Source: a virus
Length of the DNA: 64,000 nucleotides
Direction: 5' to 3' (one strand)
Virus record (IMG/VR): IMGVR_UViG_3300036772_000425
Coordinates: 10,924-74,923 of that record
The translations under genes and the position numbers were made by a program. Under the pieces are notes generated by a model. The model saw only the letters and a list, made by a program, of their open reading frames with translations, did not search any database and had not been told where the DNA came from. Below are positions 28,127-37,945 of this stretch, piece after piece. Numbering within the stretch: position 1 is the first letter of the stretch; the number at the start of each line of letters is the position of its first letter.

Positions 28127-29425
28127 ATGAAGGTTGAGAACCTCACGAACGCCTTCGTCAAGGTGACGGGAGCGGTGGGCCATGTGGTCTGCGACCCTTG
28201 GATCACTGATGGAATCTACGATGGTTCCTGGAACATCTGGCCACCATTACGAACCCATGAAAGCGCGCTCTCGGGAGCCCGTGCAGCCATCATCACCCAC
28301 ATCCATCAGGATCACATGGACGTAGAGGCGTTGAAGTTGCTGCCGGACAACTCCTTGATCTACGTCCCTGACGTGTATCCAAATCGCCAGGTCATCAGCA
28401 GACGGTTGCCCATGAAGGATCGGGTCAGGTACGTCAACCTTTCTGAGCCCTTCTGCCTCGATGACATGCAAATCGAGTTCGTTCCCCCCATGAACCGGTT
28501 CGGTCACAGGTTGGACCTGTACGATGAACCCCTAGAAACGGCCGCCATCGACTCTGGGATCATCATCTCAAGCATCGATGGGAAGATCGTGCTCCTGGCC
28601 GACAATTTTCCTTACCATCCCAAAAGCGCCGGCGCTTCGTTAGAGAGGATGCTGGCATGTGACGCCCTGTTCTTTCCGTACAACGCATGTGCAGACGATT
28701 ACCCGGTCTGTTTTGACAATTTCTCCTGTGAACTGAAGCGTGAGAAATCACTGGCGCGCAACACAGCTCGCCTGAAACAGATGGGTGAGTTCATCTCCCT
28801 CATCAAGCCCGGGATCACGGTGCCGTACTCATCCGATTTCACCATCTGCGGTGATCGTTATGAGGAATTCATGGCAGTGCACCCGCGCGCCTTTCTCGAC
28901 AAGGTTGAGAATGCAAATCTGGTCAAGGAACTGACGGGAGTTCCGTGCACTGCCCTTTTCGAAGGGGATGAACTGAGGGTTTCCCGAACCTGTGAAATTT
29001 CACGAGGAAATAACCGAAGTGTTGCACCGCCGTCAAGGCACACCAGGCCCAAAGTTGTTCATCCGTCAGTTGGCAGTGAAGCGCTCACCCGCTTGTTCAT
29101 CGCCGCAGCTGAGCACATGTTGTCAAAGATGAAGGTTTGTTCGACTTGGCGGCTGGAACTGCACAGCACTGATAGTGACTTCGCTATGTCAGTGGATCTC
29201 TCGACCGGCATGATCGATCGGTGCGATCCGACCCAACCTGTTCAAAACAACACATTGCGCTGTGGTACCTTGTCATGGTACCTGCATTCACTGTTGAGCT
29301 TCAGGACGCATTGGGACAATGCGATGATCTCGTACAACCTGAGCTGGCAACGCAACCCAGACACGTACGACCTTGGCATCTACCGGGCGCTGAACCACCT
29401 TCACGAACCGATCGGGAAACCATGA
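28127..29425 (+). CDS. Metallo-beta-lactamase-fold hydrolase
   Basis: AAIITHIHQDHMD (H.H.DH motif) after ATG 28127 (MKVENLTNAFVKVTG). Sits between the dehydratase and the aminotransferase. Confidence 0.55.
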   Translation: MKVENLTNAFVKVTGAVGHVVCDPWITDGIYDGSWNIWPPLRTHESALSGARAAIITHIHQDHMDVEALKLLPDNSLIYVPDVYPNRQVISRRLPMKDRVRYVNLSEPFCLDDMQIEFVPPMNRFGHRLDLYDEPLETAAIDSGIIISSIDGKIVLLADNFPYHPKSAGASLERMLACDALFFPYNACADDYPVCFDNFSCELKREKSLARNTARLKQMGEFISLIKPGITVPYSSDFTICGDRYEEFMAVHPRAFLDKVENANLVKELTGVPCTALFEGDELRVSRTCEISRGNNRSVAPPSRHTRPKVVHPSVGSEALTRLFIAAAEHMLSKMKVCSTWRLELHSTDSDFAMSVDLSTGMIDRCDPTQPVQNNTLRCGTLSWYLHSLLSFRTHWDNAMISYNLSWQRNPDTYDLGIYRALNHLHEPIGKP

Positions 29426-30561
29426 AACATCCGCTCTTCAAGGTGCATGTACCCACTGAAGAAACTTTGGTCGGGTTGGAAACGGTCCTTCGCTCTGGCT
29501 TCATCAATGAGGGCGAACAGGTCACCCAACTGACCCATGAGCTGGGTGACTACCTGCGTTCAGACACAATGGTCCTCCTGAATTCGTGTACATCAGCCAT
29601 CACCTTGGCCCTTCGGTTGGCGGGAGTTGGTCCGTACGATGATGTTCTGACAACACCGATGACCTGCATTGCCTCCAACACCCCCATCGCAGCATCGGGT
29701 GCAAGGATCGTCTGGGTAGACATCGATCCGAACACTGGGATGGTCACGCCCCAGACGATCGAAGATGCCATCACACCACAGACGAAGGCGGTGGTAATCG
29801 TGGCTTGGGCCGGCACCCCGCCAAACCTCCGGAGCATCCAACGGTTGTGCAGCCGCCATGGGATCAAATTGATCCTTGATGCTGCTCATGCATTCGGAGC
29901 GTACTTCGGTGGGAAACCGATCCATGATTGGGCAGACTACACCTGTTACAGCTTCCAGGCCATCAAGCACTTCACCACGGGCGACGGCGGCGCCCTGGTG
30001 TGCAGGGATCCGGAAGACCATGAACGTGCCAGGTCATTGAAATGGTTTGGGCTCGATCGGGACCGGGTCAAGGATCGTAATGGTGACTGGAAAGGCCAAC
30101 AGTGGGATGTAGACGTGGTCGAAAGCGGGTACAAGTTCAACATGAACAACCTCGCCGCGGCCATCGGTTTGTCCCAGCTTCCGTACATCGACAGCATCCT
30201 AGATCAACATCGTGCCAATTCTGCCACGTACGATCTGCTTTTCTCCGGGTGTCGAACACTTCGGACCCTGGACAGGCACCCGGAGGCCGACGGTTCAGCA
30301 TGGGTGCACACCATCTTGTTGGACTCTGAGGTTGCGGGGCCCTCACGTGATGAGCTCTTGGTGCTGTTGAATTCCGAGGGAATCGGTGCAGGCATCGTGC
30401 ACGTGCCGAACGATGGTTACACAGCCTTCCGTTCATCCATGAAGGAGCTGCCGGGAACCAGGATCTTTTCGGCCCTTCAGTTCTCGTTGCCGTGCGGGTG
30501 GTGGATGACAGAGGATGACATCTATGACGTGGCAGCCAGGGTCATGGTGCTCTCAAAGTGA
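29423..30561 (+). CDS. DegT/DnrJ/EryC1 (PseC-like) PLP-dependent sugar aminotransferase
   Basis: Start MKHPLFKVHVP at 29423. ...LLNSCTSAITLAL...GIKLILDAAHAFGAYFGGKPIHDWADYTCYSFQAIKHFTTGDGGALV (PLP-lysine context). Confidence 0.8.
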
Positions 30562-31094
30562 AGAATCGTCCGCAGGATGGGTTCATCCTCCGTCCCGTCA
30601 CGGATGATGATCACGAGTACCTTGTCTCACTTCACAATGATCCGATCGTACTTCGGAACATGACACACAACGAACCCATCACCATGGCATCCCACCTGCT
30701 GTGGTGGGACAAGATCAGGAGGGATCGTTCCCAGCTTCGGTTGATCTTTGAGATCCACGGTGATCGTGCCGGGTTCGCAAAGTTCTATGACATCGACGAT
30801 GGGAACAAATGCTGCACCCTGGGTGCTGACATCGATTCTGATCACAGGGGAAATGGGTACGCCAAGCACCTCTGGACACTGATGCTCACCAAGGTATTTG
30901 ATGAGATGCACCTGCATCGAGCGGGGCTCACCACCGCCGCCTACAACGATCATGCCCGATCCATCTACGAAAGGTTGGGATTCTGCGAGGAAGGTCGACT
31001 AGTCGAATCGTTGAAGAGGATGGGCGGCTTCCATGATCAGATCATGATGTTCATGCTGAAGGGGACCTGGGATGGGATGCGATATCGAGATTGA
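30558..31094 (+). CDS. GNAT-family N-acetyltransferase (PseH-like role plausible)
   Basis: 178 aa, GNAT fold signature. Directly follows the dehydratase/aminotransferase, the classic order for making 2,4-diacetamido-2,4,6-trideoxyhexoses. Confidence 0.6.
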   Translation: MKNRPQDGFILRPVTDDDHEYLVSLHNDPIVLRNMTHNEPITMASHLLWWDKIRRDRSQLRLIFEIHGDRAGFAKFYDIDDGNKCCTLGADIDSDHRGNGYAKHLWTLMLTKVFDEMHLHRAGLTTAAYNDHARSIYERLGFCEEGRLVESLKRMGGFHDQIMMFMLKGTWDGMRYRD

Positions 31095-31800
31095 ACCTCG
31101 AATTTTTGTGGGCACGATGCATTCCGGAGAGGGTGACTTCCAAGAATGCATCGACATGATCAGGAAGCAAAAGTCGGTCTGCATCACCCACATCCTGATC
31201 AGTGGTCTACCGGAAAAAGAGGCTCACAACGCCCTGTGGCATGCATGGAGGACCCACAAAAATGAACACGATCTTTTCGTGAAGGTGGATGCTGACACCA
31301 TCCTGATCGACGAGGGTGTCTTGGCCCGGATCTGGAGGTTGTACGCAACGAACCCAAGGTTGACGGGGGTACAGGCTCCCCTCTACGACCACATGACTGA
31401 CGGTCCGATCAACGGTCTCAATTCGTTCCATCCACGCGTGGTCTTCAACGACACCCAGGATGACCTGTACTGCGATCGCCGGGTTGACACCAACCATGAC
31501 ATCGTCATGCGGGATGAGACGTTGCCTGCAGATCTTCGACCCGCTGGTCTGCATTGCACCCTGGCAAACGATCGACAGGCATTCCATTACGGATTGCACC
31601 GGGCCCTGAAGAACCAAGCGCACATCATCGCACGGGTGCATGCTGCGTATGAACGGCAGCGGGATAGGATCCGTAGGTTCGTGTTGCTGGGTGCCGCCGC
31701 GGCGCACAACTTTGAATCGGGTAGGAAATTCAACTACCAGGATCCGGAATTCGAATCGGCCTTTGCTCTAGCCTCTCAGGAGTTCCTCCTTGATCATTGA
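31072..31800 (+). CDS. Hypothetical protein, possible GT2-like glycosyltransferase
   Basis: ...LFVKVDADTILIDEGVL (DxD-like). The start is uncertain: it overlaps the GNAT end, and an internal M at ~31117 is possible. Confidence 0.35.
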   Translation: MGCDIEIEPRIFVGTMHSGEGDFQECIDMIRKQKSVCITHILISGLPEKEAHNALWHAWRTHKNEHDLFVKVDADTILIDEGVLARIWRLYATNPRLTGVQAPLYDHMTDGPINGLNSFHPRVVFNDTQDDLYCDRRVDTNHDIVMRDETLPADLRPAGLHCTLANDRQAFHYGLHRALKNQAHIIARVHAAYERQRDRIRRFVLLGAAAAHNFESGRKFNYQDPEFESAFALASQEFLLDH

Positions 31801-32701
31801 TCTGGTTGATGACATCGGATACACCCGCAGCAACTGCTTCGCACATCAGCTCTACGATCGCATGCAGAAACTACCGGACGTCAGCACCTTGGGCCTGGAG
31901 AGCGCTCTACGATCCGATAGACCGACAGCCGTGATCTGTCGGTTGAAGCAACGAACGTTGCACAGCAACATGGAGCGCATTTCAGGTTGGCTCGGTGAAC
32001 AACCGATCGTGGTCTTCGACCAGGACCCATGGCATGCGTACATGGATGATTCTCCGTACAAGGGCGTCTACCACCGTGCCGCAGGGTCCATGAACCTGCG
32101 CGGGGTTGCAGTCACCAGCCGAGCATGGGCCGACAGGATCACGAAGGATGGGTTGCCCGGCATGTTCACGAGCATGTGGATCCTACCCGATTACTGTGAA
32201 TCAGGGTTGGATTACGCAACCCGGTCAGTCAACGTGGGATTCGTTGGAACGTTGCATCCGCATCGTCGTCGTTTGTTCGATGCGTTGGACGACATGCACG
32301 TCCAGGTCAATGTCCAGGGTGGCAACAACCTACCGTACGATGGGTACCTCCGGGCCCTCGACAACATCAGGATCTTCATCCACAGTGAGGATTCTCCGAT
32401 CACGGTGAACGGATCCTTGGACAACCTGAAGGATGCCCTGTGGATCAAGGATGTGGAGGCTGCGGCCCGAGGTTGTTTCACCATCAGGAACTCGGGCGCA
32501 GGCGCCGGTTCCTACTACGATGGGGTTGAAACAACCCGACTTTACGATTCTGTCGATGAGATCCCAGCAATCATCGATGCCATCGAGAGAATGGAGCCCG
32601 TCGAGAGGCAGGCCTCAATTCACAGGAGCGTGGAATTCATTCGTGTGTCAGACAGATGGCGGCAAACGGCCAACCGGTTGCTTGAAACAGTGACCACCTG
32701 A
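31790..32701 (+). CDS. Hypothetical protein (possible CgeB-like glycosyltransferase)
   Basis: 303-aa ORF collinear with the island. No firm motif. Confidence 0.35.
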   Translation: MIIDLVDDIGYTRSNCFAHQLYDRMQKLPDVSTLGLESALRSDRPTAVICRLKQRTLHSNMERISGWLGEQPIVVFDQDPWHAYMDDSPYKGVYHRAAGSMNLRGVAVTSRAWADRITKDGLPGMFTSMWILPDYCESGLDYATRSVNVGFVGTLHPHRRRLFDALDDMHVQVNVQGGNNLPYDGYLRALDNIRIFIHSEDSPITVNGSLDNLKDALWIKDVEAAARGCFTIRNSGAGAGSYYDGVETTRLYDSVDEIPAIIDAIERMEPVERQASIHRSVEFIRVSDRWRQTANRLLETVTT

Positions 32702-32761
32702 CATGTTAGGATGATGCTCGCATGAAGAGCATCGCAGTCATCGGACATGAATAACTAAACC

Positions 32762-33505
32762 ATGTTTCGTGATTGTCCAGCCTGCGGTTCGGAAATTCAG
32801 TATCGTTCTGTTCGGAGTTATCGAACAGCATGCAAACGAATGACATTGTGCGTGTCATGTCGAGCAAAATCTCGACGTTCTAAACTTGGTGAGTGCTCGA
32901 AGCTGACGCGACAAAGAATGTCGCTATCGCATCAAGGTGAGAGAAATCACTTTTTTGGTAAGCGGCACACTGCTGAAACACGTAAAAAGATCGGACAATC
33001 AACCCTGGCTCGTGATCAGTCGGGAGAGAGAAATCCGTTTTACGGTCACACTCACTCAATTGAAACACGCAGCAAAATGTCGAGCACTCGTGCTTCGGGC
33101 ATAGCTCTTGGAGAAATCACCAATGACAACCGTTATGGGCGAAAATCATGGTATCGATCTGCCAAGACGGGCGTTTGTGAACGGTGTGATTCGATTCTCG
33201 AAAAATTTCGAATGTCACAATTGGACGAAGATGCTTCTGTGCTGACTTGGACCAAGAAACATGGAATCAAAATTCCATACGTTTTTGACGGTTCAGTCAG
33301 ACACTACGTTCCAGATTTCCTCATCACTTTAGCTACAGGTGAGATGATTTTGGAGGAAGTGAAGGGTTACGATGTCAAAGCTGCTGAGAAACAACGCGCA
33401 CTTCAAGAATTTTGTGCTGAACATGGCATGTCAGCACGATGGACATCACAATCCACCCTCGAAATTCAAGGTTATCTGAAGTTCAAACAAGGAGAAAACA
33501 AGTGA
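32762..33505 (+). CDS. Homing-endonuclease-like protein with zinc ribbon, NUMOD3 repeats and a C-terminal PD-(D/E)XK motif
   Basis: CPACGSE...CVSCRAK. NUMOD3-like SLSHQGERNHFFGKRHTAETRKKIG and GERNPFYGHTHSIETRSKMS. C-terminus HYVPDFLITLATGEMILEEVKGY (PD...E.K). AT-richer than surroundings. Confidence 0.55.
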   Translation: MFRDCPACGSEIQYRSVRSYRTACKRMTLCVSCRAKSRRSKLGECSKLTRQRMSLSHQGERNHFFGKRHTAETRKKIGQSTLARDQSGERNPFYGHTHSIETRSKMSSTRASGIALGEITNDNRYGRKSWYRSAKTGVCERCDSILEKFRMSQLDEDASVLTWTKKHGIKIPYVFDGSVRHYVPDFLITLATGEMILEEVKGYDVKAAEKQRALQEFCAEHGMSARWTSQSTLEIQGYLKFKQGENK

Positions 33506-34500
33506 AATCTGTGGCAGTGATTGGTCAAGGTTTTGTGGGCGGATCGTTGACGACCGTCTTCTCTGAACGGGGATACGAGGTCTACGTCTACGACAAAGCA
33601 GGTAAGGTGGCTCAGGGTGGCCGCGACATCCTCGGCTTGAGCCTTATCGGTGATCGGAAACGAGCCTTAGAACTGGCAGGAGTGACCGCAGTTCAAGAAC
33701 CAAAGGAAGGCACCCAAACCCAGAATTTCGTCAAGGCATGTCACGAGATGAAGTCATTCTCGGGTGTCTTCTTTGTGTGTCTTCCGACCCCCATGTACGA
33801 AGACGGATCGGCTGACATCAGCATCGTGGATCGGGTCCTGCATGAGATCGCATCAGTTCCGGGTGAGAGGGTTGCGGTCATCAAGTCCACCGTCCCACCC
33901 GGCAGCACCGAAAACTGGAATCGGACCTTCGAGGGCACAGGGCTCCGGGTGATCTTCAACCCTGAATTCCTGACCGAGGCGAACGCCCTCGACGACATGC
34001 GTAACCAGAACAGGATCGTCCTGGGTGGACCTCGTCCTTGGATCAACCAGGTCAAGTACGTCTTCCAGAACGCCTTCCCGAAGGTGCCCATCATCAAGAC
34101 CTCCTCCACCACGGCGGAGATGGTGAAGTACGTGACCAACATCCATCTCGCTGTCAAGGTCCTTCTGGCCAACGAGTTCTGGCAGGTGTGCACTGCGCTG
34201 GACAAACAGGGTAAGAACATTGACTACGACAAGGTCATCGAGTACGCAAAGCTCGATGACAGGCTGGGCAAGACGCACTGGCAGGTACCGGGTCCCATGC
34301 CTGCAGACGATACGGGCGAACCTGCCTTCGGAGTGGGAGGCAGCTGCTTCGTCAAGGACCTGAACGCACTGATCGTGGTGTCACGGCAGTTGGGTGTCGA
34401 TCCGAAGTTGATGATCGCCGCCTGGCAGAAGAACCTAGAAGTGCGACCCCAGCGTGACTGGGAAAAGCTGGCGGGCCGCGCGGTGAGCAAGGAATCATGA
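33503..34500 (+). CDS. UDP-glucose/GDP-mannose 6-dehydrogenase-family nucleotide-sugar dehydrogenase
   Basis: GTG start after the AAGGAG RBS (33488-33493). AVIGQGFVGGSL Rossmann motif, catalytic-Cys context GGSCFVKDLNALIVV. Confidence 0.7.
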
Positions 34501-34727
34501 ACAACCTCGAGATTGTAGAAGTCACCGGTTACTCACACGACGGGCTCATCATCATCGATCGACGAGGTGCGGTCTGGATGACGCTGGACAAACCGTGGTG
34601 GCATCCGATCACCTGGATTCGAGCATTCATGCCCGGCCGTCGCGTCTTCCTTGTCCTGAACACGCTGCACGGCCGTTTCAGGGCCAAGGCCATCGAGCTC
34701 AACAAGACCCACATCCGGATGGGATGA
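34497..34727 (+). CDS. Hypothetical small protein
   Basis: 76-aa ORF (MNNLEIVEVTGYSHDGLIIIDRRGAVWMTLDKPWWHPITWIRAF...). Frame-consistent with its neighbours. Confidence 0.4.
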   Translation: MNNLEIVEVTGYSHDGLIIIDRRGAVWMTLDKPWWHPITWIRAFMPGRRVFLVLNTLHGRFRAKAIELNKTHIRMG

Positions 34728-34765
34728 ACAACGTCGTTCTTTGGAGTACCTATAACAGGAGGTCA

Positions 34766-35821
34766 ATGAACCCAGTGAGGGTTCGGGACCCCATCACGGA
34801 GAGTGAGATGCACAATTTCGGCGTTTTTGTTGGTCGTTTCCAACCCTTTCACACCGCGCACCTCGATACGTTGCGTTTCGCCCTTCGTAAGGTGGAACAA
34901 CTGATCATCGTAGTCGGGAGCGACAACCGAGCTCGGACCGTCAAGGATCCTTGGAGCTCCGCAGAGCGGATTGCCATGATCCGTAGCTGTCTCAGCAACG
35001 AAGAACGCCTGCGTGTAGCCTTCGTGTCCGCCAAGGACTACCTCTATAACGACAACATGTGGATCGCAGAGATCCAACGCGCCGTCAAGGCGCTGGTCGG
35101 ATCCTCCAAGGATGTTGTCCTGATCGGGCACAAGAAGGATGCCAGCAGTTTCTACCTGAACTTGTTCCCACAGTGGGAGTTCATCGACTCAGAGGTTGTC
35201 GCGCCCAACGTCGGTGCAACGAAGGTCCGTGAGCTGATGTTCAGCCTGGACAAGATCGGGGTGAGGGCATGCCTGCCTCCCAACGTCTTCGCTCTGATCC
35301 AGGAGTTCATGGAGACAGATGAGTTCAAGCGTCTCTACGAGGAACACCATCACATCCAGAACTACCGAGCACAGTGGGCGGATGCTCCTTTCCCGCCCAC
35401 TTTCAACACCGTCGATTCGGTTGTCATCTGCAGCGGCCATGTCCTCGTCGTCCGCCGGCGCTGTGCTCCCGGGAAGGGATTGATCGCCCTTCCGGGCGGG
35501 TTCCTCAACGTTGATGAAAGGATCATCGACGGTTGCCTTCGGGAGCTGAAGGAAGAGACTGGGATCAAGGTGGCAACGCAGGAGCTTCGAAAGCTCATCG
35601 TGGACAACAAGGTCTTCGATCACCCGGGACGTTCGCTGCGGGGTCGGACGATCACGCATGCAGTGTGCATCAACCTCAGTCGGGGTGAGCTGCCAACTGT
35701 CAAGGGCATGGACGATGCCGACAAGGCCTGGTGGATGCCGTTGGACACCGTCTACGAGAATGAATCGTCGTTCTTCGAGGACCATTTCCACATCGTGAAC
35801 TACTTCATCAACAGGGTTTGA
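34766..35821 (+). CDS. natV: Bifunctional NMN adenylyltransferase / Nudix ADP-ribose pyrophosphatase (NadM-Nudix, NatV-like)
   Basis: AGGAGG RBS then ATG 34766. FGVFVGRFQPFHTAHLDTLRFAL (NadM (H/T)xGH-type nucleotidyltransferase). C-terminal Nudix box ALPGGFLNVDERIIDGCLRELKEETGIKV. Confidence 0.85.
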   Translation: MNPVRVRDPITESEMHNFGVFVGRFQPFHTAHLDTLRFALRKVEQLIIVVGSDNRARTVKDPWSSAERIAMIRSCLSNEERLRVAFVSAKDYLYNDNMWIAEIQRAVKALVGSSKDVVLIGHKKDASSFYLNLFPQWEFIDSEVVAPNVGATKVRELMFSLDKIGVRACLPPNVFALIQEFMETDEFKRLYEEHHHIQNYRAQWADAPFPPTFNTVDSVVICSGHVLVVRRRCAPGKGLIALPGGFLNVDERIIDGCLRELKEETGIKVATQELRKLIVDNKVFDHPGRSLRGRTITHAVCINLSRGELPTVKGMDDADKAWWMPLDTVYENESSFFEDHFHIVNYFINRV

Positions 35822-36060
35822 CCATGGCATGTACACACAGGAACGTGCAGCAGTACACGGAATGTTGCCTAGATTGCGGCGCCAACATCTATGAGACGGA
35901 GGCAGAGCGTAGGGTTCGTCTTCTCAAGGAGATCGATGCGCTTAGCTCTCAGGTCAACAAGAGCGAAAACGATCGTCTGGAAGACACTCGAGATGAGCTG
36001 CTTCGTAGGCTCCGGGTTGAACCAGACCCTCAGGACGGCGGTCAATCAGGCGGTTGGTAG
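35818..36060 (+). CDS. Small Cys-rich (zinc-ribbon-like) protein
   Basis: 80 aa: MACTHRNVQQYTECCLDCGANIYETEAERR..., then a coiled, acidic tail. Sits between the two NAD-salvage genes. Confidence 0.4.
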   Translation: MTMACTHRNVQQYTECCLDCGANIYETEAERRVRLLKEIDALSSQVNKSENDRLEDTRDELLRRLRVEPDPQDGGQSGGW

Positions 36061-36117
36061 GTTAGAAAACGCCGGATCGGACCGGAGAGGTCCTTGCTGG
36101 CATCACGGAGAGTGAAA

Positions 36118-37500
36118 ATGATCGATCATAACATCATCCTCGACACTGACAGTTACAAGGCCAGCCACTGGCTGCAGTACCTGCCCAACACCACCAGCGT
36201 CTTCTCGTACATCGAGAGCCGCGGCGGGCGCCATGATCACACGGTCATGTTCGGGCTGCAGTACTACCTGTACCGGTATCTCCACCAGAGCATTAGTGCC
36301 CTTGACATCAAGGAGGCTGAGGCATTCTTCCAGGTGCATGGCGAACCCTTCAATAGGAAGGGTTGGGAACATGTGTTGGAGGCGCACAAAGGAAAGTTGC
36401 CCCTGAAGATCAGGGCGGTGCCGGAAGGGTGCGTGATCCCGACCCACAATGCTCTGGTCACCGTTGAGAACACGTGTCCGGATTGTTTCTGGCTCACCAG
36501 CTGGGTCGAGACCATGCTTCTCAGGATCTGGTATCCCATCACGGTCGCGACGGAGAGCCGTCACATCAAGGGCATCATCAAAGGCTGGTTGGAGAAGACC
36601 TCCGACGACCCGGCTGCCGAGCTTCCATTCAAGCTTCACGACTTCGGCTCCCGTGGGGTGTCCAGCAAGGAATCGGCCGAGATCGGTGGTGCGGCCCACC
36701 TCGTCAACTTCATGGGCAGTGATACAATCGCCGGCGTCCTGATGGCCAATCGCTACTACGACTCCAAGATGGCGGGATTTTCGATCCCAGCTGCTGAGCA
36801 CTCAACCATCACCTGTTGGGGGCGTGAACATGAGGTCGATGCGTATAGGAACATGCTGAAGCAGTTCGCAAAGCCCGGTTCCCTTGTCGCAGTTGTCTCT
36901 GACTCCTACGACATCTTCAACGCATGTTCGAACCTGTGGGGTGGTGAGCTGAAGCAGGCTGTGATCGACTCGGGCGCGACCATCGTGATCCGACCCGATT
37001 CAGGTGACCCTGCCACCGTCGTTCGAACCTGCCTGGAGCTGCTCGACGCAAAGTTCGGCAGCACCCTGAACTCGAAGGGGTACAAGGTCCTGAACCACGT
37101 TCGGGTGATCCAGGGAGATGGGATCAATGCAGACTCGATCGAGAAGATCCTGTTCATGGCGACGAACGCCGGGTTCAGCGCAACCAACATCACGTTCGGG
37201 ATGGGAGGAGCGTTGTTGCAGCAGCACAACCGCGACACCCAGAAATTCGCCATGAAGTGCAGTCATATCGTGTCGGACGGCAAGGGCATCGATGTCTTCA
37301 AGGATCCTGTGACCGACAGCGGCAAGCGCAGCAAGCGTGGTCGGTTGGATCTGGAGGTTTTCGAGGGCCGTTACACCACCGTCAAGCTCAACGATGGACA
37401 GGATCGTGCTCCGTATTCCATCATGCAGACCGTCTTCGAAAACGGGAAAGTGACCAAGGAGTACACTCTGGAAGAGGTACGCCACAACGCTCGGATCTGA
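36118..37500 (+). CDS. nadV: Nicotinamide phosphoribosyltransferase (NAMPT/NadV)
   Basis: MIDHNIILDTDSYKASHWLQY...FGLQYYL...DFGSRGVSS...MGSDTIAG...PDSGDP...VIQGDGIN..., full-length NAMPT with hallmark motifs. GGAGAG RBS upstream. Confidence 0.9.
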   Translation: MIDHNIILDTDSYKASHWLQYLPNTTSVFSYIESRGGRHDHTVMFGLQYYLYRYLHQSISALDIKEAEAFFQVHGEPFNRKGWEHVLEAHKGKLPLKIRAVPEGCVIPTHNALVTVENTCPDCFWLTSWVETMLLRIWYPITVATESRHIKGIIKGWLEKTSDDPAAELPFKLHDFGSRGVSSKESAEIGGAAHLVNFMGSDTIAGVLMANRYYDSKMAGFSIPAAEHSTITCWGREHEVDAYRNMLKQFAKPGSLVAVVSDSYDIFNACSNLWGGELKQAVIDSGATIVIRPDSGDPATVVRTCLELLDAKFGSTLNSKGYKVLNHVRVIQGDGINADSIEKILFMATNAGFSATNITFGMGGALLQQHNRDTQKFAMKCSHIVSDGKGIDVFKDPVTDSGKRSKRGRLDLEVFEGRYTTVKLNDGQDRAPYSIMQTVFENGKVTKEYTLEEVRHNARI

Positions 37501-37510
37501 AAGGAGATCG

Positions 37511-37945
37511 ATGGGTTACCAAGCGCACAAGATCATCGATGGTCTGTACCAAGGGGGCGCGCCCCCTACGGGAGATGCTCTACAAAAAGCAGGGGTCGAT
37601 GTCCTGGTTCTCTGTGCCGCGAGCATCCAGGATGTTGATTCCTACAAGAACATCCTTGTCATCCCCGCGCCGGGCGACGACGATCCTCGTCCCAGCCGGC
37701 TCAAGCTGTTCATCGACACCTGGCGTGATGCAGCGCACCAAGTTGCCGGGCACGTCAAAGCAGGACGAAAGGTGCTGGTAACCTGCCGTGCTGGGCAGAA
37801 CCGTTCTGGGTTGGTCGTGGGGCTGGCCCTTCGAGAACTGACCGGTTGGGATGGTGCGAAGATCGTTGATCTGATCGTCCGATCACGGCCACATGCCCTC
37901 AACAACCAGAGCTTCGCCAAGTACATCATCAGGAATTTCCCATGA
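37511..37945 (+). CDS. Cys-based protein tyrosine/dual-specificity phosphatase
   Basis: VLVTCRAGQNRSGLVVGLAL is a CX5R P-loop (C-RAGQN-R-S). AAGGAG RBS upstream. 144 aa. Confidence 0.7.
   Translation: MGYQAHKIIDGLYQGGAPPTGDALQKAGVDVLVLCAASIQDVDSYKNILVIPAPGDDDPRPSRLKLFIDTWRDAAHQVAGHVKAGRKVLVTCRAGQNRSGLVVGLALRELTGWDGAKIVDLIVRSRPHALNNQSFAKYIIRNFP

Noticed and set aside
33439-33502. Upstream ATG start for the sugar dehydrogenase
   Set aside because: It would overlap the endonuclease gene. A GTG at 33503 preceded by AAGGAG at the proper spacing begins right at the Rossmann motif.
36103-36801. 232-aa minus-strand ORF
   Set aside because: Antisense to NAMPT, which has full-length family signatures. 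Artefact of high third-position GC.
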